From Candidatus Doudnabacteria bacterium (GTDB taxonomy: Bacteria > Patescibacteriota > Doudnabacteria > UBA920), in contig CAWINB010000004.1 in assembly GCA_963837465.1 (NCBI GenBank), forward strand, positions 650,853 through 714,852: DNA of 64,000 bases, written 5' to 3'. Below are positions 1-9,400 of this stretch, piece by piece. The notes below the pieces were generated by a model. That model was not told where the DNA came from. It ran no database searches and saw nothing but the letters and a program-made list of their open reading frames with translations. How positions within the stretch are numbered: position 1 is the first letter of the stretch; every line of letters begins with the position of its first letter. A program made the translations under genes and the position numbers.

Positions 1-1
1 A

Positions 2-1126
2 AATTTTCCTACAAAAAGCGGTTTGAGGACTAATTTGGAAGAGGTTGAGTATGTTAGTAAATCAAGGAGTTCTAATTTACTTAATAAGCAAGAAAGAGCA
101 TTTTTATTGCATTTTTTAATGTTACGAGACTTGCTTTTTAATTTGATACAAAAGTATAATTCTCTTCCCGAAACAAATGACGAAAAACAAGCGTTTAAAG
201 ATTTTAATTTATATAATTGGCTACCGGGCCTGGGGGATTCAGAGTATGATAACGAGATTAAATTATCAAGTCCAATAAAAAGTAGAGACACAATTGCTGG
301 TATTGGCGTCGCTCCGATTTCAGGGGCAAATAATTATATTAGTGCTCAAAAGTCTACATTGTCGAATGGAATTTCACAGCCGCCACAAAACACTTCGCCG
401 TCTAGAATATCGGACCCTGCCATATCTTCTGTCACTCCAAAATCAATCCTCTCAAATACCCGCAGTGTTCTGGAAAGCGATAATCAAGACATAGTTAATC
501 TTGGGCCGGGGTTGAGGATGGGTGGTGGCGCGACACAAGTTCCAAGTTCCAAGTTGAAAGTTGAAAGTGGGGAACAGGCTGGTAAAGAGGGACAAATGCC
601 AAATGCCAAATTACCAATTTCAAATGCGGGTTTGCGCGGTGGCAGTGATTTGGGCAACCAATCCAACTACGCCAAGGCTTCGTCGGACAAAATGAAACCC
701 AGCCAAAGGCTGGGTGGTTTGGCAGACTCCAAACTGGAGTTTGAGCCAGGCTTGCTATCCAACAATAGTGTATCAGAAAATAATAAAACCGCCCAGTTAA
801 GGGCGGTTCCAGGGTCTCTACCGGATAATTTAAGACCTGGGTTGACGCTTAACAAAAGCATATCAGAAGCAAAAAATTTGTCAAGTTACCGTTCTTCAGG
901 TGGTGGACCCGGGGGGAGTCGAACCCCCGAAACCTTGGCGTCAACCCAGGCTTCATTCCCGGTACGGGCCCACTCGGATGAATTATACCATAAACAAGGC
1001 AATAATCAAAAATATCCTCAAATTAATGAGGTTTTATTGCCGCCACCTTCAAAGTTGCGGATAAAACAAGCGGATATTGACAGGAAGCTTGAGGAGCTCG
1101 ATAAGAGATTAAGTAAAAATAAGTAA
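2..1126 (+). CDS. hypothetical protein, 5'-truncated by window edge; long low-complexity S/G/P/N linker and short C-terminal helix
   Basis: Frame open from base 2 to TAA 1126; C-terminus KQADIDRKLEELDKRL looks helical; contains 7-mer repeat tracts and overlaps an antisense tRNA-like RNA. Confidence 0.6.
   Translation, partial: NFPTKSGLRTNLEEVEYVSKSRSSNLLNKQERAFLLHFLMLRDLLFNLIQKYNSLPETNDEKQAFKDFNLYNWLPGLGDSEYDNEIKLSSPIKSRDTIAGIGVAPISGANNYISAQKSTLSNGISQPPQNTSPSRISDPAISSVTPKSILSNTRSVLESDNQDIVNLGPGLRMGGGATQVPSSKLKVESGEQAGKEGQMPNAKLPISNAGLRGGSDLGNQSNYAKASSDKMKPSQRLGGLADSKLEFEPGLLSNNSVSENNKTAQLRAVPGSLPDNLRPGLTLNKSISEAKNLSSYRSSGGGPGGSRTPETLASTQASFPVRAHSDELYHKQGNNQKYPQINEVLLPPPSKLRIKQADIDRKLEELDKRLSKNK
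901..971 (-). ncRNA. tRNA-like RNA lacking a D-stem, acceptor stem with G3:U70, encoded ACCA end
   Basis: Reverse complement GGGCCCG-TACCGGGAAT-GAAGCCTGGG-TTGACG-CCAAGGTTTC-GGGGG-TTCGACT-CCCCC-CGGGTCC-ACCA: 7-bp acceptor and canonical T-arm. Confidence 0.7.
982..1009 (-). promoter_or_regulatory. sigma70-type promoter for the tRNA-like RNA
   Basis: Minus strand TTGATT-16 nt-TATAAT with extended TG; -10 box ends 10 nt upstream of the RNA 5' end. Confidence 0.6.
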
Positions 1127-1154
1127 AATTGTCCAGAGTTAAGTAAAATTACCA

Positions 1155-2330
1155 ATGCAAATGCAACCAGGACAAACAGAAAAACTAAAAATCCTTATCC
1201 AGACTTCCGCTATACTTTCGCCTTCTGAACGCGCGGAATGGCTGGCGCTTTTGGATGTGATGAATGATAAGCAGGTTTTTGAATTGGAAAAGATTCTGAC
1301 AGTGGGTCAGCAGTCATCGGTTAAAGCCGCGGTTCCCGATTTCAGAACAAGCGGGGTTAATTTGCCGCCCCCATCGCTTAGGCAAGTGCCGCATCTGAGC
1401 CATATTTTAAATCTTCCCCAGCACTTAAACCCTTCGGGTGATGCGCTTGCCGCTCCTCCAACTGCTGAGCCTCCCAAAGTTGACAACAAGCCCAAATCGC
1501 GTTTTGGCGAAAAATTAAAATCTATTTTTGCCGAAAAAGAACTGCCGCCCGGCCATGGCGATATTTTGGATTTGCCGGCTCCGCCGACCAAGATTGCGAC
1601 TCCGGGTTCCGCCTTGCCTTCGCGGGATACCGGCGGCGTTGCCGTAGAGAAACCGTCGCTACCCCCGGTTGTGCCAAAGCCAAAAACACCCGCGGCGGCG
1701 CTAAACAATATTTCGGAACCTCCGGTTAAGTTAAATCACCCCGATGTTTTAAATACTACTTTACCCCCGGCAGTGCCTTTGGTGTTTTCCAAACATGCTG
1801 ATAATTCCAAGGTTAATCCCGCGGCAGCCGCCATATTGCAAAAAACGCCGGTTAAGCCTGTTCTGCCCGGGCTTGAGCCTCCGTCCGCCATACCCCCCGG
1901 CCAGAAAAATAATTTGCCGCCCAAAGCCCCGGCGCAAAAGCCCGCGCCCGCGCAGCCCGCGCCGCCGGACGTTTCGGCGCAAAAAAAGCAGACAACGCCG
2001 CAGCCGGCCGTTCACCTTCCGGATGCCAAGCTGGAGCTTGATAAGTTAAGCGACACGGCCTTGTTGGATGTAAAAAATTTGCGGATTTTGGATCCGGAAT
2101 TTTTGGTTAAGCAAATTAAAGCGCTGATTGGCCAAAACGGCTACCACGAGGTCATTTTCAACCTTGAAAAAAGCCCGCTTTACTTAAACTATATCAAGAC
2201 GGGCGCGGAAATTTTAAACGGCCGCGCCGATTTTGAAGCCTTAAGCCAAAAGCCGGAAGCGGAAAGTTATTTAAACAGGCAGGAGTTTGAACGGATGACG
2301 GATTTATTAAGGGCGATTCAAGCGGAGTAA
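1155..2330 (+). CDS. hypothetical protein with Pro/Ala/Lys-rich central linker
   Basis: 391-aa ORF, helical N- and C-terminal domains separated by a Pro-rich region. Confidence 0.75.
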   Translation: MQMQPGQTEKLKILIQTSAILSPSERAEWLALLDVMNDKQVFELEKILTVGQQSSVKAAVPDFRTSGVNLPPPSLRQVPHLSHILNLPQHLNPSGDALAAPPTAEPPKVDNKPKSRFGEKLKSIFAEKELPPGHGDILDLPAPPTKIATPGSALPSRDTGGVAVEKPSLPPVVPKPKTPAAALNNISEPPVKLNHPDVLNTTLPPAVPLVFSKHADNSKVNPAAAAILQKTPVKPVLPGLEPPSAIPPGQKNNLPPKAPAQKPAPAQPAPPDVSAQKKQTTPQPAVHLPDAKLELDKLSDTALLDVKNLRILDPEFLVKQIKALIGQNGYHEVIFNLEKSPLYLNYIKTGAEILNGRADFEALSQKPEAESYLNRQEFERMTDLLRAIQAE

Positions 2331-2336
2331 AGATAA

Positions 2337-2753
2337 TATCAAATTACAAATTTCAAATGACAAATGAAAAAAAATTTGACCTTGAAGAGCGGACTGCAAA
2401 ATTCGGGGAATCAACAATTGAGTTTGCGGGATTTATTCCACAAGGGCCTATTACCAACCCCTTAATTAACCAATATGTTAAATCCGGCACCTCAATCGGG
2501 GCAAATTATTGTGAAGCTGATTCAGCAGAATCAAGAAAAGACTTTGAGCACAAAATCGGTATTTGTAAAAAAGAGTCCAAAGAAACCCGCTACTGGTTGC
2601 GTATGATACCAAAAGCCAGACCTGAATTAGACCAAAAGGCCGCGATTCTTTGGAAAGAAGCTAATGAGCTATTATTGATATTTTCCGCGATTATCAAAAA
2701 GTCACGTATTAACGGATCAAAGTAATTTAGAATTTGATATTTGTAATTTGAAA
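2337..2753. repeat. inverted 7-mer tandem-repeat arms (NNNCAAA x4 / TTTGNNN x4) enclosing a four-helix-bundle gene
   Basis: TATCAAA TTACAAA TTTCAAA TGACAAA at 2337-2364; TTTAGAA TTTGATA TTTGTAA TTTGAAA at 2726-2753. Confidence 0.8.
2357..2725 (+). CDS. four helix bundle protein (23S rRNA IVS protein / Avd-like family)
   Basis: Motifs DLEERT, SGTSIGANYCEA, SRKDF.HKI.ICKKE.KETRYWL. Confidence 0.9.
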   Translation: MTNEKKFDLEERTAKFGESTIEFAGFIPQGPITNPLINQYVKSGTSIGANYCEADSAESRKDFEHKIGICKKESKETRYWLRMIPKARPELDQKAAILWKEANELLLIFSAIIKKSRINGSK

Positions 2754-2781
2754 TTATTAATTATGTTATAATTAAGTCGAT

Positions 2782-3237
2782 ATGCAATTTCCCGTGCCAC
2801 AATTTACGGATGTTGAGGATAAAATCATCGGCTCGCTTACGATTAAGCAGTTTGGGATTTTGTTTGGCGTCGGCATTGTCATTTTTTTGGGCTACTCTGT
2901 TTCCAAAAGCATTTTGGTGGCGATATTTTTGTTTTTGTTGTTCGGCGTGCCGGGTCTGGGCGTGGCCTTTGCCAAAATTAACGGCCGGCCCATATACAGC
3001 AGCATAGGCAATTTTATTAAGTTTTTTACCAGTCCCAAAGTCCTGATTTTTCACAAGGAAACTGTAAGTTCGTCGGCATCGACTGCCGCTTTTAAAGACG
3101 CCCAAATGGCCGCGGCCGAAGTAAAAGTCCAGGCTCCTGTTCCGGCCGAAAACACCCAAACGCATCTTAAACAAGTGGAGGAGCTCCTGAGAAAAACATC
3201 AAACCAGGAACAGGAAATGGCTAATAAAATCCGTTAG
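2782..3237 (+). CDS. PrgI family membrane protein (VirB3-like, conjugation/T4SS-associated)
   Basis: N-terminal QFPVPQF.DVEDKIIG.LT.KQF, two TM helices, KINGRP motif. Confidence 0.85.
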   Translation: MQFPVPQFTDVEDKIIGSLTIKQFGILFGVGIVIFLGYSVSKSILVAIFLFLLFGVPGLGVAFAKINGRPIYSSIGNFIKFFTSPKVLIFHKETVSSSASTAAFKDAQMAAAEVKVQAPVPAENTQTHLKQVEELLRKTSNQEQEMANKIR

Positions 3238-3315
3238 AATCAGGAGTTAGGAATTATGAGTTAGGGTCCTCCCTAACCCCTAACCCCTAACCCCTAACCC
3301 CTAACCCCTAACCCC
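3234..3315. repeat. gene-less inverted 7-mer array; right arm is (CCCCTAA)5 plus TCCCTAA
   Basis: TCAGGAG TTAGGAA TTATGAG TTAGGGT then TCCCTAA (CCCCTAA)x5 CCCC. Confidence 0.9.
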
Positions 3316-3320
3316 CTCTG

Positions 3321-4004
3321 ATGAAACTAGAAATGCAAAAGAAAAATAAGGCGCCCGGGAAAACCACCCAGAGTTTTTTGCGCTTAAGCGAAATTAAAAA
3401 CGATACCGTGGTGGTGGACGACGGCACTTTGCGCGCCATTATTTCCGTTTCCAGCACCAATTTTGATTTAAAAAGCCAGGATGAGCAGAATTCCATCATC
3501 TTTAACTTCCAGCGTTTTTTAAACTCCCTGGATTTTTCCATCCAGATTTTAATGCAGAGCCGCAAAATGGAAGTCGGGAGCTATATTGAAAAACTCCACC
3601 GTTTGGCGGAAAAACAGACTAACGAACTGCTTCGGGTGCAGACGGCCGAATATATAGAGTTCATTAGCCGCCTTATTGAGAATGCCAGCATTATGAACAA
3701 AAATTTTTACATTATTGTTCCGCTTGGCGAAAGCATTTTTCCCAACGCCGCGGGTTTGTTTAGCCGGCTTTTGGGCAACGGGAAATCAAAGGAGATTAGC
3801 CAGAAAATAGAGAACTTTGAAAAGGCCAAGGAAAAATTGGACACCAGGGTGGTGGCGTTAATGTCCAATTTGTCGGGAATAGGCATCCGCGGCCAGCGGC
3901 TTAAAACCGAGGAAATTATCCAGCTCTATTACAACTCCTATAATTTTGAAGAAGCTCCGCTGGTGGATCCTGGGCAGCTTAAAGATATAAAAATCTCCGA
4001 ATAG
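3321..4004 (+). CDS. conjugation/T4SS-associated protein resembling a stand-alone VirB4/TraE N-terminal domain
   Basis: STNFDLKSQDEQ..I...FQRFLNSLDF.IQI motif; lies between prgI and the VirB4 ATPase. Confidence 0.7.
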   Translation: MKLEMQKKNKAPGKTTQSFLRLSEIKNDTVVVDDGTLRAIISVSSTNFDLKSQDEQNSIIFNFQRFLNSLDFSIQILMQSRKMEVGSYIEKLHRLAEKQTNELLRVQTAEYIEFISRLIENASIMNKNFYIIVPLGESIFPNAAGLFSRLLGNGKSKEISQKIENFEKAKEKLDTRVVALMSNLSGIGIRGQRLKTEEIIQLYYNSYNFEEAPLVDPGQLKDIKISE

Positions 4005-4012
4005 TTATCAGG

Positions 4013-4485
4013 ATACTGATATACCGATATGAATACGAATGATACCAATAATACGGATTCTAACAACCAACGCGGTGAATTAATTCATGGGGATTTAACA
4101 TATAAAATTAACAGTGTATTATTTTCTACCCACAATGAACTTGGTCCTTACGTCAGGGAAAGCAATATGAAGATGTGGCAAAAAGAATATTTAAAGAAAA
4201 AGGCATTGGTTATGAACAACAGGTTTCTATCGGCGATTCAGGTAATATAGTAGACGGCATTATTGATAAAAAGGTTCTTATTGAATACAAGGCCAAAAGG
4301 ATATTAACTAAAGAAGATTATTATCAAACCCAAAGATACCTTCAGGAAACCGGTTTAAAACTCGCTATTTTAGTCAATTTTAGAGATAAATATATTAAAC
4401 CCAAACGGATTATAAAAATAGATAACTGGAAATATTAGAATCAGTATTATTGGTATCATCTGTATCTTATCCGTATATTAGCATC
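4013..4485. repeat. inverted 8/9-mer tandem-repeat arms (ATACNGAT / ATCNGTAT) enclosing the GxxExxY gene
   Basis: Left arm 4013-4058, right arm 4434-4485, five main units each. Confidence 0.8.
4029..4438 (+). CDS. GxxExxY family protein (PD-(D/E)XK fold), 1-nt frameshift near 4160
   Basis: ELIHGDLTYKIN...HNELGPYVRE(K)QY then VDGIIDKKVLIEYKAK...QTQRYL...LAILVNF; adding one A to the run at 4159-4161 fuses ORFs 4029..4250 and 4175..4438. Confidence 0.8.
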
Positions 4486-4487
4486 AT

Positions 4488-6336
4488 ATGTCCATATTCA
4501 GTAAAATCAACGAAGAAGAATTAAAGAAAAAGAAGGAGCAGGTCAGCGAGGCCGAGACCGAGCGGAACTTGAGTTCTTCTTTGGGGGATCTGGAAAAAAC
4601 CTATCGCGAAGGCTTGACTACCCTAAAGGATATTATCGCGCCTTCGGCCCTGAAGTTTGAAAGTTCCCACTTTGAAATTAACGGCAAGTTCGGCCGCAGT
4701 TTTTTCGTGCTGGCTTATCCGCGCTTTTTGTCCAGCAATTGGCTGTCGTTTATTATCCAGGCCGAGGGAGCTTTGGATTTGTCCATGTTTATTTATCCCA
4801 TTGATTCCGCCGACATCCTGAAAAAACTCAAGAGCAAAGTCGGTGAAATCGGCTCGCAAATGTCCATTAACCAGGAAAAAGGCATGGTGCGCGACCCGAT
4901 GCTGGAAACCGCTTACAAAGATGTGGAAAGTTTGCGCGACAACCTCATGCAGGGAACGGAAAAATATTTCCGTTTCGCGCTTTACTTTACCATTTACGCC
5001 AACGACTTAAAGGAGCTGGACAAGTTTTCCTCCACTTTGGAAAGTTCTTTGGGAGCCAAACTTATAGTAACCAAGCGCGCGCTTTTGCAAACGCAAAACG
5101 GCCTTAACTCCAGTCTGCCTTTGGGGCTGGATGAACTGGACGTGGCCAACAATATGAACACCGGCCCGCTGTCTTCCTGCTTTCCTTTCGTGTCTTCCGA
5201 TTTAACCAGCAATGACGGAATTTTATACGGCATCAACCGCCACAATAACAGCCTGATTTTGTTCGATCGCTTTGCCATGGAAAACGCCAATTCCGTGGTG
5301 TTTGCCAAGTCCGGGGCCGGTAAATCTTACGCCGTCAAACTGGAAGTTTTGCGCTCGCTTATGGTGGGTACGGACGTTATTATAGTGGACCCGGAAAACG
5401 AGTACCAGCATTTGGCTTCGGCCGTGGGCGGGACTTATTTGAGCGTGTCGCTGAATTCGGAATTCGCGCATCAACCCTTTTGATTTGCCCACGGGCCTTG
5501 AGGGCGAGGACAGCGCCGATATTTTACGCAGTTCCGTCATCAATCTTTTGGGCTTGCTTAGTCTGATGCTGGGAAAACTTGACCCTACGGAAGAAGCGCT
5601 TATGGACAAGGCCATTTGGCAAACCTATGCCAAAAAAGACATTACGCCGCAACTGGAAGATTTTAAAGGCATAGAGCCTCCGACCATGAACGATTTGATA
5701 GAAATTTTAAACGGCATGGTCGGCGCCGAAAGCCTGGCCCAGCGCTTGTTTAAGTTTACCCAGGGTACTTTTGGCGGCTTGTTAAACCAGCCGACCAACG
5801 TGGTGCTGAACAATCAACTTGTAGTATTTAGCATTCGCGATCTGGAAGAGGAACTGCGGCCGATTGCCATGTACATTATTTTAAATTATATTTGGAATAT
5901 TGTGCGTTCGGAATTAAAGCGCCGAATCCTGGCCGTGGACGAGGCCTGGATTTTAATGCAGCACGAAGATTCGGCCAGGTTTTTGTTCGGCATTGCCAAG
6001 CGCGCGCGCAAATATTACCTGGGCCTGACCACCATTACCCAGGACGTGGCCGATTTTCTGGCCAGCCCGTACGGCAAGCCTATTGTCACCAACTCATCCA
6101 TCCAAATGCTGCTTAAGCAGAGTCCGGCGGCCATTAACGTTATCGCGGAAACGTTTTTTTTAACCGAGGGCGAAAAATACCTGCTGCTGGAAAGCGAAGT
6201 CGGCGAAGGCATCTTTTTTGCCGGCCTCAAGCACGCCGCGATTAAAATTTACGCCTCCTACGTGGAAGACCAGATTATCACCACGGATCCCAAACAGTTG
6301 CTGGAGATTCAGGAGAGCCAGGAGAAGTTGAATTAA
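4488..6336 (+). CDS. virB4: VirB4-like conjugation/type IV secretion ATPase, 1-nt frameshift near 5465
   Basis: Walker A AKSGAGKS, IIVDPENEY, Walker B LAVDEAW, RARKY..GL.TITQ; removing one base restores ...RINPFDLP across the two ORFs. Confidence 0.85.
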
Positions 6337-6359
6337 ATTCATGGATATGACAGATGCCA

Positions 6360-6393
6360 CTGTTTTCACAGACGCGCGCGTCTGTGAAAACAG
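6360..6393. repeat. 34-bp perfect loop-less palindrome
   Basis: CTGTTTTCACAGACGCG|CGCGTCTGTGAAAACAG. Confidence 0.9.
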
Positions 6394-6423
6394 GGTTGTT
6401 TGTCTGTCCGTGAATTATTTTTT

Positions 6424-9400
6424 ATGGCGGAAGAAGATTCACAATCAAATATAGGCGTAGCCGATGGGCAAGAAGATGCTGTTAGGTCTGACAAACAACC
6501 AGCCGCGTCTAAAAAATTTATCCCATTGTCGGGTAAACCGCAAATTGTCAGATTGGGGGAAAGCTTTTTGGGCGGCCGGGTGTTAATTGTTAATGTTACA
6601 GTTGGCGGCGAGCCTCTTAATAATGGCATCAAGGTTTATAAAGATTCCGAGATTATTTTTACCGGGCGGGGTTTGGATAATTTAGATTTTTGGGAAGTCA
6701 GCCGGGAGGGGCGCGACTCTCTGCCTTTTACCCGTTTTAGAACAAAAAGTCCGTCCTTGGCTGTATTCAGCCCGCAAGACGCGCTTGGCGCTCTGGAAAA
6801 CGGCGAGAGTTTCGGTATTTCTTTTTTTTCCAGCAAGTACGGCGGGACGATGCGCACATTATCGGCGCTTTTTACTTACGAAACCGAGGAAGCGGACGAA
6901 GAAGCCGCCCGGAAGGCTAAAGCCGCGCGGGCGGCGGCGGAGGCGGCGCAGTCGGAGGGCGGAGGCGGAACTTTGGGTATTTCCCAGTTGATTGATGAAA
7001 GCATTGGCGGGGTGGCTAACGCGGTTGGGAGGGGGTTGCGGAGTTCGGCGAGGTCGGCGGTTTCCGGGACCGCAGGGGCTTACGCTGCCGGTTCTCAAAC
7101 TGTCAGCCAAAAATCAACCACGGAAAGTGCCGGAGGTGGAGGGTATGATGAGGAGACAGCCCAAGTCTCAACCGTAAACGTTCCTTCATCTACCATTGAA
7201 GCTTCTTCGGCGGGCACGCGGGTTGTAAGCCAGTCAGGAACTGTGGGCGGGTCACGCGGCGCGGAGATTACTTCTTCGGGTACGGTTTCAGGGTCGGGTG
7301 GCGGTACAATTTCTTCTTCGGGTACGGTTGAACCGCGAACTCGGGTAGGTGCAACTGCCCAGGTTAGTTCAGCGTCCGGCGGCGGACAAACTTTTGGCGG
7401 CGGGACTGTATCTGCCGGTGGTACGGCATCGGCTCAGGCATTTGTGGAAGCCAGGGTTTCGGGATCAGCTTCGGGACAAGCTTCCGGCGGCGGGCAAGTA
7501 TCGGCTTCTGTTTCAGGCGGGGGCGGAGTTTCATCCGGCGGCGGCGGAAATATTTCCGGACAGGCTTCGGTTCAAAGCGGCGGATCCCAAGCCGCATCGG
7601 CGCGGCCGGTTTCGCAAGGTCTCCAGGGAGGGGGAATATCGTCCGGGCGTCAACAGACAGCGCAGGCTCAGTCAGCCGGACAAAACGCCGGCCAGCAGGC
7701 ACAGACAGTGTCTCAAAATCAGGGCGGGCGGGCAGGATCAACAATTTCCGGCACAGCGCAAACAGCCGTTCCTTCTTTTTCATCAGGGACAAACTTAAAG
7801 ACACAAATAGGTGGCGCGGGCGCAACTTCTCCGGCTGTGCCTAAAAGCCGACCTTTGGCATCGGGAGCACCAGCCACGCCTTTGGGTAGTTTACCGCAAA
7901 ATTTTTCGGGTGCCTCGGGAACTTTTCAGCCCGGTTTAAATTTAGGCGCCAGCACACCCGTGGATGGCATCGCGGTAAACCCTCCCGCGGGCATGGAAGG
8001 CACTTTGAATAAGTTTTTTGAAAACCAGTCGGCTTTGGGCAGGTTAGATTTGGGGCCTGCCGAGAATCAAAATCATGAAATTCAGGGTCAGGAAAGTTCT
8101 TTGCCGGACGGGGAGAATGTAACAGAATCATCTGGATCTCCTGCCTCCGATGGCCAGCCGGAAATTTCAGGCTCCCCGGAAACCGAGCCGGATGTCGCGC
8201 CGCCTTTGTCCGAAGCGGGACTTCCGGGCGAAGGCGCGGGTGGCGAAGGTCAGGGTGGTCAGGAAGGCGCGGTCGATTCGGGGGATTCGGGGTCAGGAGC
8301 TCAATCAGGAAATTCGGAGCCGGGAGCGAAAGGGGGATTGAATGGTCAAACAGAAGGCGGCCAGGGAGGCCCGCCGGATAAAAATGCTCCGACCGGAACA
8401 AAGCCGCCGGGGCAAAATCCCGAAGCGACCGGGGCGCCTGACGCTGCCGTTCCGGGACAGCAGCCCGCCGCGGAGGGAGCCGCTCCGGATTCGGCCGAAG
8501 CAGACGCTTTAGCAGGACCTGAAGCAGACGGGGAAGCGGGAGCTGGCGCGGGGCCCGAGGGAGCCGCCGCGGCAGGGGCCGCGCTTTCCGGCGGCGGGCT
8601 TGATGCCGCCGCCGCGTTGGTCAACACGGAAGTAAATAGTCTTCTCACTGCCGCGGCTTTATGGGTCTGGGGATCGGGGATAGTCAGCTGCGGTTTTACC
8701 ATTGTGCTGGGGGCGCTAGTTGGGGATTTTCTCGTGCTGATGAAGAAGCGGTTGGCCAAAAGGGCTGTCAGCGCGCTTTCGGTAACCAGTTTAGGCGCTG
8801 GGATGAAACTGGCTTCATTTTCAAATGACCAACTGGCGGAAAAAATTAAGTTTAATCTGCCGGTTAAGGCCAATATCGCGGCGATGAACGCGGTAGTGGC
8901 AGTTATGATTTTTGGGGCAATATTTTTTTTCGGTGTGGTGTTATACGCCGGCTGTACCTGGCCGTTGGGCCAGTTCATCAGTTCGGCAACCAATTTTAAA
9001 GCCTCCATTATCGGCGGAATGGGTTATTCCAATGTTTGCCAGGATTTTTTATCGTTCCCCGCCGGACTCAGCGGCGCGGCGCAGGGAGCGACTACTGCCG
9101 GACCGGGTGCGCCATCTCCGAGTACTTCGTCTTCCAGGACTTGCAATGTTTTACCTTCCGGCAATGCCAGCGTGGCGCAATTATCTACTACCTGCTTTGG
9201 CGCTAACGCCTACACCGCCGCTGTTGTTGCGGCGCACGAAAGCGGCGGTACTCCGGGTATTGCCAGCGGTACGGATTATTGCCGTAATCCGGATGGTAGT
9301 CCGGTAATGATAAACGGTAAAATAGCCTCTGTCTCTTTTGGTTTGTTTCAAATTAATATTACCGCGCATCCTCTTGGAAATTTAAATTGCCCCACTGCTT

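Noticed and set aside
901-971. Canonical tRNA-Val(GAC) or complete tmRNA
   Set aside because: No D-stem, and a 7-nt anticodon loop needs a stem with two mismatches; far too short for tmRNA and has no tag reading frame
3270-3315. Eukaryotic telomere contamination
   Set aside because: Lies within a coherent bacterial operon, pairs with an upstream arm, and has degenerate relatives at 25891-25923 and 26305-26337
6636-9369. Many overlapping alternative-frame and antisense ORFs here and throughout the window
   Set aside because: Shadow ORFs of GC-rich real genes, with no motifs or translation signals
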